DNA of 54,889 nucleotides from Rhizaria sp. SCN 62-66 (Eukaryota): NCBI GenBank assembly GCA_001724265.1, contig MEDY01000096.1, positions 62,001 to 116,889 of the forward strand, read 5' to 3'. Shown piece by piece: positions 42,401 to 52,100 of this stretch (position 1 is its first letter; each line of letters starts with the position of its first letter). The notes under the pieces were generated by a model. It saw only the letters and a program-made list of their open reading frames with translations, ran no database searches and was not told where the DNA came from. The position numbers and the translations under genes were made by a program.

Positions 42401-44713
42401 GAGCGACAGAGACATGTTCGGCGAGTTGGCGCCGCCGACGCCGAGCGGCCAAGCGGCGGCGGCGGTGGAGTCGTCGACCGAGGATAGGTCCATCGACGCG
42501 GCGGCCCACGCCTCGCGCGAGCGCATGCGCGCGGGCAGACTGGGCAGCAAGTCCGGGCAGATGGTGACCGCAAGCGCAGTGAGGTCGGCGACGCCGGGCC
42601 GCTCAGAGGGCGCGCGAACGTAGCGCGCCTGGTGGCCGAACGAGTCCGTCGTGTCGTCCTCGCGCGAAAAAATGCGCTGCACGACCACCGAGCTCTGCGT
42701 CAACCGCTTGTTGGGCATCGAGACGGAGATCGACTTGGACTTGCTACGAGCGCGCGCGCGGTCGCCGCGGGCGGAGCCGGGGCGCGCGGGGCCGCACGGC
42801 GCGCCCACGGACGCGCCCGCGGGCAGCTCGACGACCACGAGTGACTCGGAGCCGGCGGGGCCGGAGAGTCTTGGCCGGCCAGACTCGTCGTCCGCGCCCG
42901 CAGCGGGCGCGTTAGAGTCGTTGTTCGCGCTCGCGATCGCGTTAGCGCTGGCGGCAGTGGCGGCGGCGTCGGCAATGAGCGCGGCCGAAACGGCGTTCGG
43001 ATCCGCGGTGACGACGAGCGAAGACTTGAGCCCGCTGGAAACGACGTTGCGCTCGGTCTCGAGCACACCGCAGCCCATCATGACCGAGCCCGTGGAGATG
43101 CCGCTGCCCAGGCGGCGCAGCTGCGGCACCGTCGGCCGGCGCGAGACGCCAGAGGACGCGCCACTCGCGCCAAAACCAGCGCTCGGGACCACAGCGCCGG
43201 AACCCGGCGCAGCACCGCTAGAACCAGAGCCGGCGGAGGCAGTCTGCTGCTGCAGCTGTTGTTGCTGCTGCTGCGCGCCCTCGGCGACGGCGTTTGCAGT
43301 GACGATGGCGGAGAGCGAGGCAAGGATGCGGTTCTCCGTCTGTGGCACAGGCTTGTACGTCGACACGGGCTTAATCTTGCCCTTGACGGTGATCTTGGAG
43401 CAAAAGTCAAAGTTGATGCGCGACTTGGCCGAGAGCTGCGTGACCTGGTCGCACAGCACCGACATCCCGTTGGCCGTCGCGTGCTGCATGAGGCGCGCCG
43501 AAAGGTTGACCGTGTCGCCCAGGACAGAGTACTCGCGCCGCGAGCCGGACTTGCCGACCACACCGCAAAAGGCCATGCCAGAAGTCACGCCGATGGCGGG
43601 CTTGAGGCCGAGCTTCCAGAGCGCGTTGACGATTGCAAGCGCCGAGAGCACGCCGCGTACGGTGTCATCCTCGTGCGCCAGAGGCGGGAGCCCGAAGACG
43701 GCGATGAGCGTCGAGCCCTTGTCGTCCATGAGGAACTTATTGAGCGAGCCCTCAAACCGGTACACTTCGTGTTGCACGGCGTGGAGGACGCGCTGCACCG
43801 TGTTGATATCGTTGTTCGCTGAGATGTTGGCCAGCTCGGCCTCCTTCATGCCGACGTTAACGAACAGCACCGTCACGCGGCGCAGCTCGCTCGCCCAGCG
43901 TTCTTCAGCGATGGCCACCCACGGCACGATCGCGCCGGGCACGTAGTTCATGATGCGGCGCAGCACCGCGGGCGAAACGATGTTGCTCTTCTCGTCCTTG
44001 CGTTTGTGCACAGACACCTTGCGCAGCGGCTTCTCACACGAAACGAGAAACGCGTACTGCTCCGGCGGGCCGTCACCTTTGTGCGCCTTATCTTCACGGA
44101 TCTCGGCGTGGAAGAAGGGTTCCACCAGCGCCCAGGCCTCGGCCGAGATGACGGCGTCCTTCTTGTCGGCCTGGTGTTCGGCGTGGAAAGCCTGAATCAG
44201 CGGCGCGCCCGTGGCGAGGTACTCCATGCGGCCGAATACGCCACCGACGTGCAGGATGGTGATCTCGCCCACGCCGACGCCGATCTTGACGTTGAGCGCG
44301 ACCGTGTCAGTGGACGAGCCGATGCTCGCGTCCGCAAGGATCTTCTTAACTTCGAGCGCAGACTGCGCGGCACGGCGCGTGCGCGTCGTGAGGTCTTCCT
44401 CCGAGGGCGGCCAGACGACGAGGATGGCGTCGCCGGCGAATTTGAAGACGTCGCCGCCCTGTGACGACAGCGTGCGCAGCAGGAGCTCAAAGTACGAGTT
44501 GATGCGCTTGGCGAGGAACTCGTCGCCGCCACCGCGTGGGTACTTCATTGACATCGCCTCGCACAGCGCGGTGAAGCCGGAGATGTCGGCGAAGAGCACG
44601 CATGTCGAGTAGGTCTGCTTGAGCGGCGGCGTCAGCTTGGCGTCGGCCGAGCCTGACTCCTCGAGCAGGAAGTTAAACACCGACGCCGGCAGGTACGACG
44701 CAAAGGACTCCAT
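33455..44713 (-). CDS. Soluble adenylyl cyclase (ADCY10-type, two class III domains) + STAND P-loop + two PH-like domains + class I cyclic nucleotide phosphodiesterase; 3752 aa, no intron needed
   Basis: C1: VLFADISGFT, VFKFAGDAIL. C2: NKFLMDDKG, REYSVLGDTVNLSARLM. Walker A: GEMGVGKS. PH-like: WKPRNVVLTGDTLQF...RVTWITEL. PDE: NPYHNFAHAVDV, GHDVRHPGTNN, YNDQSVLEHHH, STDM, LHAADISN, EFFSQGDLE. Stop is TAA. Confidence 0.93.
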   Translation of the reverse strand: MESFASYLPASVFNFLLEESGSADAKLTPPLKQTYSTCVLFADISGFTALCEAMSMKYPRGGGDEFLAKRINSYFELLLRTLSSQGGDVFKFAGDAILVVWPPSEEDLTTRTRRAAQSALEVKKILADASIGSSTDTVALNVKIGVGVGEITILHVGGVFGRMEYLATGAPLIQAFHAEHQADKKDAVISAEAWALVEPFFHAEIREDKAHKGDGPPEQYAFLVSCEKPLRKVSVHKRKDEKSNIVSPAVLRRIMNYVPGAIVPWVAIAEERWASELRRVTVLFVNVGMKEAELANISANNDINTVQRVLHAVQHEVYRFEGSLNKFLMDDKGSTLIAVFGLPPLAHEDDTVRGVLSALAIVNALWKLGLKPAIGVTSGMAFCGVVGKSGSRREYSVLGDTVNLSARLMQHATANGMSVLCDQVTQLSAKSRINFDFCSKITVKGKIKPVSTYKPVPQTENRILASLSAIVTANAVAEGAQQQQQQLQQQTASAGSGSSGAAPGSGAVVPSAGFGASGASSGVSRRPTVPQLRRLGSGISTGSVMMGCGVLETERNVVSSGLKSSLVVTADPNAVSAALIADAAATAASANAIASANNDSNAPAAGADDESGRPRLSGPAGSESLVVVELPAGASVGAPCGPARPGSARGDRARARSKSKSISVSMPNKRLTQSSVVVQRIFSREDDTTDSFGHQARYVRAPSERPGVADLTALAVTICPDLLPSLPARMRSREAWAAASMDLSSVDDSTAAAAWPLGVGGANSPNMSLSLTFNVTSAGSAASPLAGLSTAAASFIPVFRDSDGALQGLQIELDAAFDSGLTSIGGVLAAVLERLELNSPSNVGSCSGGAGAAGGSDARAGRVGHITGMVYGADSDPPSLAPQPSVSLVQLGGSQTASVADAAAAAAAAAAERPLVLVASYASLNSAGLAGIEDTVQSRRFRASHQARCAVMASDLPLHALSPLLHAQNLRTAALSNISLGSPQFAEFARHSVLTLTLARAFDPAEETSFLASRRDRITALGLSAAACLNLATPLVTRRVGESQSSARASPAPTHRMLAIDLNAPPTLAAINEVSPMDPIATPLSFNGSATAGAPVGGHSRRESASLTGSSSLLAPPAPVIAYMPSVQSLPSVLTAMPHSPSAQLKGRVVLVEGEMGVGKSLLLDLVMDSSLLPALIVVANPLDTRKLALWGSLLYQLLEAELLIARQLQDSGSPGVCPLFGSAGVPRTPSASDRTVNGTGSGNGNGNGNGSASDAAALRSPPTVAEGNEEEDDEEFTNAGSTLQRSSSMQNSDEPSVSISDSRSVSVTGPSSGSNGPATGEDLLEADRLRMQSRVLATAAAQRRAAVVQRFAQLFTDGTAQHEMEPGLYAMHGQLEGKLAIPDAPLPALTASNYERYICVLGDILPELQFTVTPEVQELSPARRFLLLEVFMFVWLRSAATRCGLALTIDSAVHMDASSWAVCAAMPLAVPNVLLVIATRPINRLHLGAFTTTTPPGYLALCADTDTVKMTLTARVSTMAEEIFTKCLIDAELELADGDGYAEYPAPATVIAAMPTPMRTFIAHTGQGNPLVMSQLVPALKSAQLLWFGENYKLNVSQTLAQYPEHEIEISVPVALQAIYGSRLDRLNQTQSMLLKFAACVGNAFTLDIIAQPYPLDVTSADLARELRVLVELGIVRRVFPGSHRWLELQKSGMTFDAATTGFGADPLGEHKGEDGVLVPHDSGSGGGGDDDHLEFGFAKSQQFKLRPYPDECIYMFSQGFMREMILSRILLEQKSWIVKKIELSYSEELERRGIIAPKALLYGPAIMQDDLSVRRARDDSDEFQTLHFVLHRDLVTVWDSEEHYATYVEHAAALSAAVTAAENKHASAAEDRSDDLDILGSSMRERQEQAERARLLTEARERLPLNENNQYCPIGVLPLHAARIEPDPRGAAATASGVGLNCLDGSSAGPLFCIEASRFAKRGDYHTQPAQFIITGNSLAMVNSWRSALERGCEQAAARAASDGARKRLRQKVANLMMQELTKPIQYTADEQTDARRGYHERLQHRQTEVLSAQLLVHKNKTAILGSGWKPRNVVLTGDTLQFRKGDSTGLYRPPSQACSLNEGNVRVRSVPAGTYKGQAFVVEVTVELWSKDLELFWSSRPFVVALPSEAVRVTWITELERIVRHHVHERIRNKFKDMLALSSSTSDAAASTVPPASPGDAGLTSPAHSHGHGYEHRHGGHGGTLGVPGGLSSTGSVGAGGLASPMNKRGSFMMTAPAFGPNHSIGAGGASAAAAVTPAASTPTTGGSTAAMAAATQSAGGTRSGMFANANNGPRVTIGGTPSTAPTASPTTVSPAAMPSIKVVSRDALRHPPSALHTATHSAVTNADVLATPAMSVQNSGVRGSSKRPSFSDATGAGKNGDDDGDDDAPAVIRYASGAQYFAHHNQNGTSLDDEDDYDDEDYYWDDEDEDDDGSEYGHGYGHHRRRGARDAVSEFEAEVLQEDTSFTATVRGLALEAKSMIDLAVVAVTATGPPSAASASGAVTVGGMTEAELLRVLADVQAKHAAIEAAASRHAVTVRRMHARHNKAERKAAAAHPVGLASFTELMEGADIDDSAKKWLAASYSHDVMSSVDMAMMTANTGADGGAGAGSSSDPAAVIAAAAQAGMAAAVRESQRLGEAQVTVTTDDGADTGSIPPISPLAAEGPSTSSRIGGFRGAAPLLVSPSSACSQAPALTSPSVASVDASEDGGPPSATARMANPPKTTTAASAAAAAAATGAATAAGGAHASGAPAVGSAAPKVSASGFTSPSAGAAQANKAAKAAAAASTVAASETGVLASPSRSQLLSPRGALANDDEDEAALLAASAETERLARVARIDRLVVLIDDLNAQRALGIQHVTQPGAPGSSATAAGVVTCSAGDAGSVGSASGSQPVTPLTPIRRTTSISSTHAGQHAAPVPTATAAASGAAGAGAEVPGTPNSVVSMSPDVRMRSVSPIIGAHTTSSAASSGAPTLSARASVSFPFNAAQASLAAAAAAAAAAEPVCETPETLGYSPAIANGLDDWGWNVLAAATDDDRLEAIVRIFISFDILRAYKVPTLNFATFLVDVMENYAANPYHNFAHAVDVTQTVFTFLTQFGAAMFLTPLERFALLMSAFGHDVRHPGTNNQYQVNARTKLALLYNDQSVLEHHHCHVLFKLLLKPESNVLVNLTSAEYKDFRSTVTSAILSTDMTSHFSLVEKLNAINEKLKTARAKARRNQGFSVFWGLLPGSTGPGPAGSSNSGGGQDSAAALVPMSPARRGPADPFPFSSSAANANATAAADDSATNTSVGSGSADRDRDRVSMSPLASPTLSHRRSMVLPRSSGMGSLPPRPPLTMRGSITGITSPFSAAAAAAAGGISGSISGGPPQVARELPLYHFVQGALSATEKAVVLNVILHAADISNASKTWQQARPWADTVCEEFFSQGDLELRHKLPVSQNGIRSETNQAQLNMNFVDFIVAPLYVSLRQLLPGTRLCCSMMAENRANWDAINAVFLRDSCLDEAGAEALLPAATVATAAGLAPGVGSVPARTLDMPQLITELTKWQRRAENFKSLFSPPQSSQGAGDDAGPAPALIAMATVSANAAASGTASTGSSFSSAAPNSNSNTNLASANANSAAAANGGSGSLPASASNSALGSSSGGFPSFNLSQLPPVAVSPAAASRSETGSEASAPASPSAAAAAAAATVTAGPATAVRPAPLNVASPLGSSTHASSGTSSSVGDNASKH

Positions 44714-46125
44714 TGTGCAAGGAGGCTGGAAAGAGGAACGCTGACGAGTGAGCTGTTCCTGTGACCTGTGCGGTGTGTGGGAAACGAGCTTAGGAGGGAA
44801 GCGTGTGCGCGTGCGCGGAGCAGCGCTTAGGAGATGAGGTCGAGAGCAAAAGTCTCGGAAGTGTTAGTACAATGCCGCTTATAAAGCTAGCAACGTGGTA
44901 TTAAACCTGGACAACGTTAACAGAGCAAGAAAGGCATAGTTTTCGATTGGGGAGAGAGGAGGAACAAGAACAGCGGATGTAAGACAAATATCAAACTAAG
45001 AAGAAAAACATTGCTAGAACAGATTTACAGCATAGTTATATATATTATCCGTGCGCATGTGTCGCTGGCCAAGAGGAAAGCCTTGTACAACGGATCCTTG
45101 TAGTGAAATCACGGCAAAACGATGGAGCGCGTTTATACGCCCTTTGACTGTGGGCTAGTGCACACGAAATTAGTCTACATCGGCCAAGAAAGAACATCGA
45201 ACAGACCCGGAATTTAAAGGATGCAAATGAGGGGTCATATATGAACGGTACTGCACCCTCAAGCGCGAATATCCTCTGGAATGGTGCCGGAGCCGCGCAT
45301 AAGACATCCGCACCGCACCCACTCTTCACTGCTTGACCGCCAGACCAAAGGAGCGATGTCAGGGGAGGAGAGCGAGCATCGCCGATATTCCGGTATTCGT
45401 TGCACTACGGTGCATGACGCGCTGGACCTTCTGACGCGGCATGAGCGGGGAAACAAAAACTAGTGTAACTCAACGTAACTTCTGTGGTTTTGATTCATTC
45501 AAATCTGCTACACATTTTATTTATTGTCCGGCTCTGTTTAATGACTTATAATATCTGCTCTCTTTCAAAAATACTGAACTATCGCTCATATTCAGCTTGG
45601 GATATGCACACCATCACCAACAGCACAGATACAAGATCAAAAAATGTTTATATATACAGTGATACATAATACAAGCGAACATAGTGTTTACACGTCTCAC
45701 ATGGCGATTTGAGGAGATATATCCTTCGGTAACTGACCTTCTTGTCATGACACAACGGCCTGACTTAGGGTAGAGGGAGGTGTCGACGAGCCAAAGTTGA
45801 AATATGAAACCAGACATAAGAAGCCTGTCAAAGCCATGGTAGACGAATGATAGCATTTGCATCATGTTTCTTACATCTTTTAATATATTGTGGTATTTTT
45901 ACGGTTGATCTTATGTTTAACTGGAGTCCCTAAACGGACTTCGAAAAAGACGCCTCCCTTCTCGCTCTTCGCTCTCACATCCGATTTTCATATCAACTCA
46001 TAATCCACATCTAAAGTAACATGATTCACTAACGTCACTCATTATTTCCCTGCTATATTGCTGTGTCCAACGAATTAATTTTGTCAATCTCTCCCCAAAC
46101 CTCTTTTTGGACTGCCATCGCAGCT

Positions 46126-49100
46126 ATGTCCACTCAAGCTTCCGATACCCGCACTGGGCGAGTAGGTCCGGCGCTATGTGTGCCACTCCCTGTGGACGTC
46201 ACGGAGGATAACCGCAATTACCAGTGGGATACTGTTTCAGGTAACTTTGTCACAGCCGGTACCAATGACTTCCCAACGTTCGCTCTTACCTGTGGCGCCG
46301 GCGCGTCCGCCGGTGTGTGGTACTTCGAGATTGAGTTGCTTGACGGTTCGGCCCCGCACGTCGGTGCTCTGCTCGCCGGCAAGTACACGCTCAAGGCCAC
46401 TACTAAGACCAAGGGCGTGGGCAACGATGGCGCTTCGTGGGCGCACCTCGGTAGCAAGGGCTACTTCGCGGACAAGCTTGCCACTGGTGACAAGGCATGG
46501 GCCAAGGGCGAAATCGTCGGGGTTACGCTCGACCTTACGGCAAAGACCATGACGTGGACGCGCAACAACGCGCTCGTCGCCACAGCTGACTTCGCGGGCG
46601 AGCACAAGGGTTTTTACGCCGAAGGCGACACGCTAGTGCCTGCTGTCTCGCTCCCCAAGGGCTGTGTCGTTGCCTGGCGTCTGGCGCAGGACTCGCTCAA
46701 GTTCCCCAACCCAGCCGCTGCGGCCCTGCAGGCCGGCGCAGTCCCCGCATTTCTGGTCGCCAACGTCAAGGCCCCTGAGGCCGGCGACGGGCTCTCCGAC
46801 ACGTACGACGTGCTGCCTGATCTGCTCGCGTCGCTTGCGCGCGGCACTGGTGATAACGCTGACAAGGCTGCCGTGAAGCCGCTGTTCGAAGCTCGCAGCG
46901 CCGGGTCACGTGGCGCGCTTGAGTACGGCTGGGACTACGCTGTCACCAAGACCATTGCGGGTTACGCTGCGGCGTGCGCGGCCGCCTACAAGGGCGACGG
47001 GCTTGAGCTCAAGGGCGGTGCTTTCAGCAACGGCGAGGACGCCAAGAAGAAGGCCGGCGCGATGGTCGCTACTCTCCGCGCCATGCTGCAGCGCGCCCGC
47101 ATCGCCGAAGCGCTCTACCTGGGCGCCGCAGGCGTGGCCGCCTTTGCCGCTGCCGCGCGCGACGCCGCCGACGCCGCCGTGCCGCTGGTCGAAGAGGCCT
47201 GGGGCAAGGCGCAGCTGCTCGCTGCGCTCGAGGACCGCAAGACGCACAAGTTCGCCGACTTCGGGTTTCCGTACTACGCGACTAACAAGGTCCGCAGCGA
47301 CATCACCAAGGGCAACGCTGCGGCGCTAACTACGCACGGCGAGAACGTCCGCATGTGGCGCAAGTGGTTCCTGGCCCAGTACACGGGCTCGCAGACGGTC
47401 AAGGAGCTGGTGCTGGCCGCGCTTGGCGCGCTCGTGACCGACTGTCTGGGCGAGGATCCTGATGCCGCCGAGCTGGCTGCGGCCGCCAACGCCGCCGCAG
47501 GGCCCGAGGGCGGCGTCGTGCGCAACTCCGCGCTGTCCGTTCCCGCGCAGCCCGAGCAGCCCGCCGTGCTGGACAAGCTGACCGCGATGGAGCTCGCCAA
47601 ACTCGCGACGCTGAGCAAGGAGGTGTTTCAGGAGATGGACAAGGGTGACAAGGAGCGCGACCGTTTCCCCGAGCGCTGTGAGGAGAGCTATCGCAAAGCC
47701 GCGGGGCTTGTCGCACCCGTTGAGAAGCGCGCCGCTGCGTTTGTGGCCGCGCTTGAGAAGAACTGCGGCCGCGTCACCAAAGTCATGATCGCCAGCGGCG
47801 GTGTCGGCTCGCTGGTCGACACCCCTGAGTACAACGCCTTTTTGTCGGCGTTTAAGCCGCGGTACGAAGCGTGGGCGCAGTGGCAGGCTCAACACGCGCT
47901 GAACCGCAAGGTCGACCTTGCAATGCGCGATGTGCTGCGCGAGCTGGGCCAGGGCAAGGACAAGGTTGCGCACTCGAACCCCGAGGCTGCGCTGCAGATT
48001 CTCTCTGCAGCCACGCGCAAGCTCGACGCGCTGCGCAAGGAGCCCGGGTTCTGGTCCGCAGCCACGGTCGCCACGCAGATGGCCGAGGCTGATGCTCTAC
48101 GTGCGTACATTACGGTCGAGGCGCCCGCGGTCATGCAGCGCCAGGCAGCCGGCGGCGTGCGCCCCAAGATGTCGACCGCGGTGTCGGTGATGAACAAGTG
48201 CGTCTCAGTCAATGACTTTGACGGCGCGCTCAAGGCGCACAAGGAGGCATCATCCCTGCTTGAGCAGTGCCGTACCAACAAGGACTGGATCGGCGTACCG
48301 TCGATCACGCAGGCCGTGCAGGACTTCGGCTCTGACATCGACGGCTTCATGGATGTGTACAAGAACACTTTCGGCAAGAACCGGGCCGAGGCCCTTGTGC
48401 GCGAGATTACCTCCACGCTTACCGGCGCGCGCGACTTCGTCTCGCATAACAACTTCGACCGCGCCCTGCAGTGCTTAACCCAAGGCCGCGCGCTCGCCAC
48501 AGCTCTGCGCGAAGACCCCATCGTTGGCACTCACCCCGTTGCAGCAAGCTTCCTGCCGCAGTACTTTGATGACGCCAAGACCGTCGACTCTACCGTGCAG
48601 GCCGCGCTCATTGACCGCCAGGCCGCCGCGGCCGCGCGCGAGCTCGGCTCCGCGCTCACCAACGCCAAGGACGGACTTGAACACAGCAACTTTGACGCCG
48701 CGCTTAAGGCCATCGCGGCCGTGAAGCGTCTTGCGGGCGAGCTTGAAGCCAACGAGCGGCTCCGTGGCAACGCGGCGACCGAGGCCGCGCTGCTCGAGGT
48801 TGACACCGCGGTGCCGGCGCTTGAGGAGCGCTACAAGAGCACGATGATTTTTCGCCAGCTTGCAGATGACAAGCGTGTCGCTGAGTCCGCGCTCGCCGAG
48901 GCCAACAACGGCGTCGAGCACTCGAACTACGACAAGGCGCTGAAATCGATGCAGCAATACAAGGCTAAGGTTGTCGCCATGGAGGCAGAAGAGCAGTACC
49001 GCGCCCAGACTGGCACTGCGGGTGACGTTGACGCGTACGTTGCGAACGCGCGCAATGTAGCAATCCCCGACTGGCAGAGCAAGTACGAGGCCAAGTACCT

Positions 49101-52100
49101 GGGCCGTCTCGCACAAAACATTGCGCGCGAGCTTTCCAGCAAGGCCACTGCGGCCGATGATCACTTTGAGCACAACCGCTACGACTCCATGCTTGAGCGT
49201 CTTACTGCGTTGCGCAAGCAGATTCGCGCTCTCGCTGACACGCCCGTCGACGCTGAGGATGACACCGCGCTTGCGGCGCGCTTGTCGGCTGTCCAGGACG
49301 CTATCAGTCAGGCGAGCACCTCCGCGGCCGCGCTCGAAGCCAAGTACGCCGAGGCCGCACAGGCGCGCCTGTTGGCCGACGGACGCCGCGATGCTGAGTC
49401 CGCACTCTCGCTTGCAAACGACAAGCTTGGCCATGCCAACTACGATGCCGCTCTGGAGGCTTTCTCTCAGGCCCGCGGACTGGCTACCCAACTTGCGCTT
49501 AAGCCTGAGGGCGCCTCCGCGGCCGCTGCTACGTTCCTGGAAACGTTCGACACCTTGTGTGCCACGTTCCGGGAGAAGTACTCCGCTGCCGTAAGCTCGC
49601 GCGATGAGGCTGCTGCGCGTCGCGACATTGCTACGGCGCTGTCGTTCGCAAAGCAGAACATGTCACACTGCAAGGGCGATCAGGCGCTGGCTGAGCTGCG
49701 CAAGGCCAAGGGGCTTATTGCAGCTTTCGAGGCCGCGCATAAGAATGCCACCGCGGATCCCGCGTGGGCCACTGACGCCGCCGCGGTTGAAAGTGACTAC
49801 GCCACGCGCGTGCTTGGTCGACTTGCTGACGAGCTTACTGGCAAGGCGGCGTCGCAGGTTGCTTCTGCACGCCGCTTTCTTGAACACTCAAACCCCGACG
49901 CCGCGCTTACTGCGCTCTCTGCCGCCCGCACTGCCGCCGCAGATCTTGCCGCTGAGTCCCGTATAGCGCAGCTGCCCAAGGTTGTCGCGTTTAACGCTTC
50001 ATTCTCCGTTGAGCTCAAGGATGTCAGCGAGCGATACGCTGCGTTCCAGACCACGAAGAAAGGTAACGAGCTTGCTCGTGTGCTGCAGACGCTTATGATT
50101 GACGCTGCAAACTTTATCTCGCACTCGCGCTTTGACGAGGCGCTCGTTCATGCACAAAATGCGCTTACTGCGCGCGACGAGCTCAAGCTTGACTCCGACT
50201 TAGCCGCAGTTCCCGCTGTCGTTTCTGTGCTTACTGAGGCCGAGACGCGGGTTCCTGCACTGCTGGCCGAGTACCGCGAGAAGGTCGGCGCTAAGAAGCT
50301 TGCCGCTGGCATCCGTGAGATCCGGGACAGCGTCGCCCAGGCCACGGATGCTCTCGGTCACTCCCGCCTCGATGACGCACAGCGCGGTCTCCTGCAGACG
50401 CGCGATCTTGTCGGAGCGCTGTCCGGTGATCCCGTGTTTGCTGAGTCACCCGAGCTGGACGCGTTCCTGAAGGAGTACACCAGCAGCACGCGCGAGCTCT
50501 CTGCCGCGCTCGAGAGTAAGCGCGCCGACCGCCTCCGCGCGCAGCTCGAGCGCGAGGTTACCACCGCGATTGCTGCTGCGCGCGACCACCTTGGGCACAA
50601 CCGCAACGACCGCGCGCTTGAGGCGCTCCGCATTGTGCGCACTGCTGTGGCCGCGTGCGAGGGCGAGCTTGGTGCCGCTGGTGCTTTGTTTGTCGCTGAC
50701 CAGCGGACAGCGATGGTTGCATTCGAGGCTGACTTCACCGAAAAGGCCTTTGCGGCCGAGGTACGCCGCAAGATCGACCGCGCACAGGCGCTTCTTGGCC
50801 GCGCTTGCAACGCTCTTGACAAGCACTGTGTGGACGAGAGTCTGAAGCTGCTCTCGGAGGCCCGCGAGGCATCTGCGCTGCTGGGCGGTGATGAGCGTTT
50901 CCTTAACACGCCCAGTGTGGTCGAGTTTATGACGCGCTTTGTTGCCGAGTTGCAGGCACACAAGTCGGCCATTGCAACTTACCAGGCATCACGCGCCGCC
51001 GACACGCTTCAGCGCACTGCCGAGAGCTTGCTGACTGACATGCGTGATAAGTACTCGCACAGCCGCATCGATGAGGCGCTGACTTCGCTGCGTCGCGTTG
51101 AGCGCATGCTTGAGACTGATCTTGCTGCGCCCGCCCATGCCGCCCTCAAGGCTGACGTTGAGGCCCGCGCGCTCGCCTTCCGCGCAGAGTATCAGAACAA
51201 GCACTTGCGTGCACAAGCACAGTCGACGATCCGCGCTGCTAACTCGCTGCTTGAGACAGCGCGTTTCCACGGTGGTCACAACCGCCTCACTGATGCGATG
51301 TCCGCGCTTGGCGAGGCACAGGTGGCTGTGCTCGCGCTTAACGAGCCAGAGTTTGCCGGGCTCGATATTGTTGAGTCGTTCTTCGAGACCTGGGGCGGCC
51401 GCGTCGCCGCGCTCAAGGGCGAGGTTCAGGGTGTGCTCGTGTCACAGTCCGTTGCGGTCGCTACGCACAAGATTGCGGACGCTTTCGCTGCAGCTGAGCA
51501 GTGCCTGCTGCACCACAACTACGACTTTGCCCTCGTGCACCTGACCAAGGCAGGCACTGCGATGGCCGAGCTCAAGGCCGACACGCAGCTCGCTGCTCTT
51601 CCCGCAGTGGTTGCCGCGCTGTCCGACGCCACTGCGCGCAAGTCCGCTCTTGGCACGACCATTGCTGACACTGTCTTTGCTAAGGAGGTTGCTGCGGTTG
51701 TTCGCACTGCTGGTGCACACCTCGTGCGCGCAAAGACTCTCTTCGCCCGTCTCGCCTTCGATGACGCATTGTCCGCGCTGAGTAACGCAAAGGCCACCGT
51801 TGCTGCGGCTGCGGCTAACGAGTCTCTTGCCGGCGCCACTGCGTTTAAGGCGTACATGGCCGAGTTCAAGTCCGACGCTGCAGCCTTTGCGGCCCAATTT
51901 GCCGCCACCGCCCTTGCTGATGAAGCCCGCGCTGTTGCTCGCGAGGTTTCCACCAAAGCCGCGCAGGCAAAGATGTATCTGGACCGCCTTATTGAGGACA
52001 AGGCTGCATCTGCGCTTGCCGAGGCACACCGCGCAGCAGTGCGCTTTATGAACGCAGACGAGCCCCTGTCGCTGGTTCCTATTGCCGCTGAGACTGTTGC

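Noticed and set aside
4434-44713. Functional cluster of a SulP (possible bicarbonate transporter) with a soluble cyclase
   Set aside because: The genes are about 25 kb apart with unrelated genes between them, the substrate is unknown, and eukaryotic gene order rarely implies function.
45045-45465. Moderately GC-rich patch between the cyclase and SPRY genes
   Set aside because: No frame I tried gives a convincing protein even with TAG read through, and I saw no terminal repeats or RNA structure. It could be a decayed fragment but I cannot support that.
46063-46125. GTG/TTG starts in the ORF track (46063, 20856, 19087, 18166) and the ATG at 7331
   Set aside because: This is a eukaryotic locus. 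These extensions are UTR or intron sequence, so I used downstream ATGs or splice acceptors instead.
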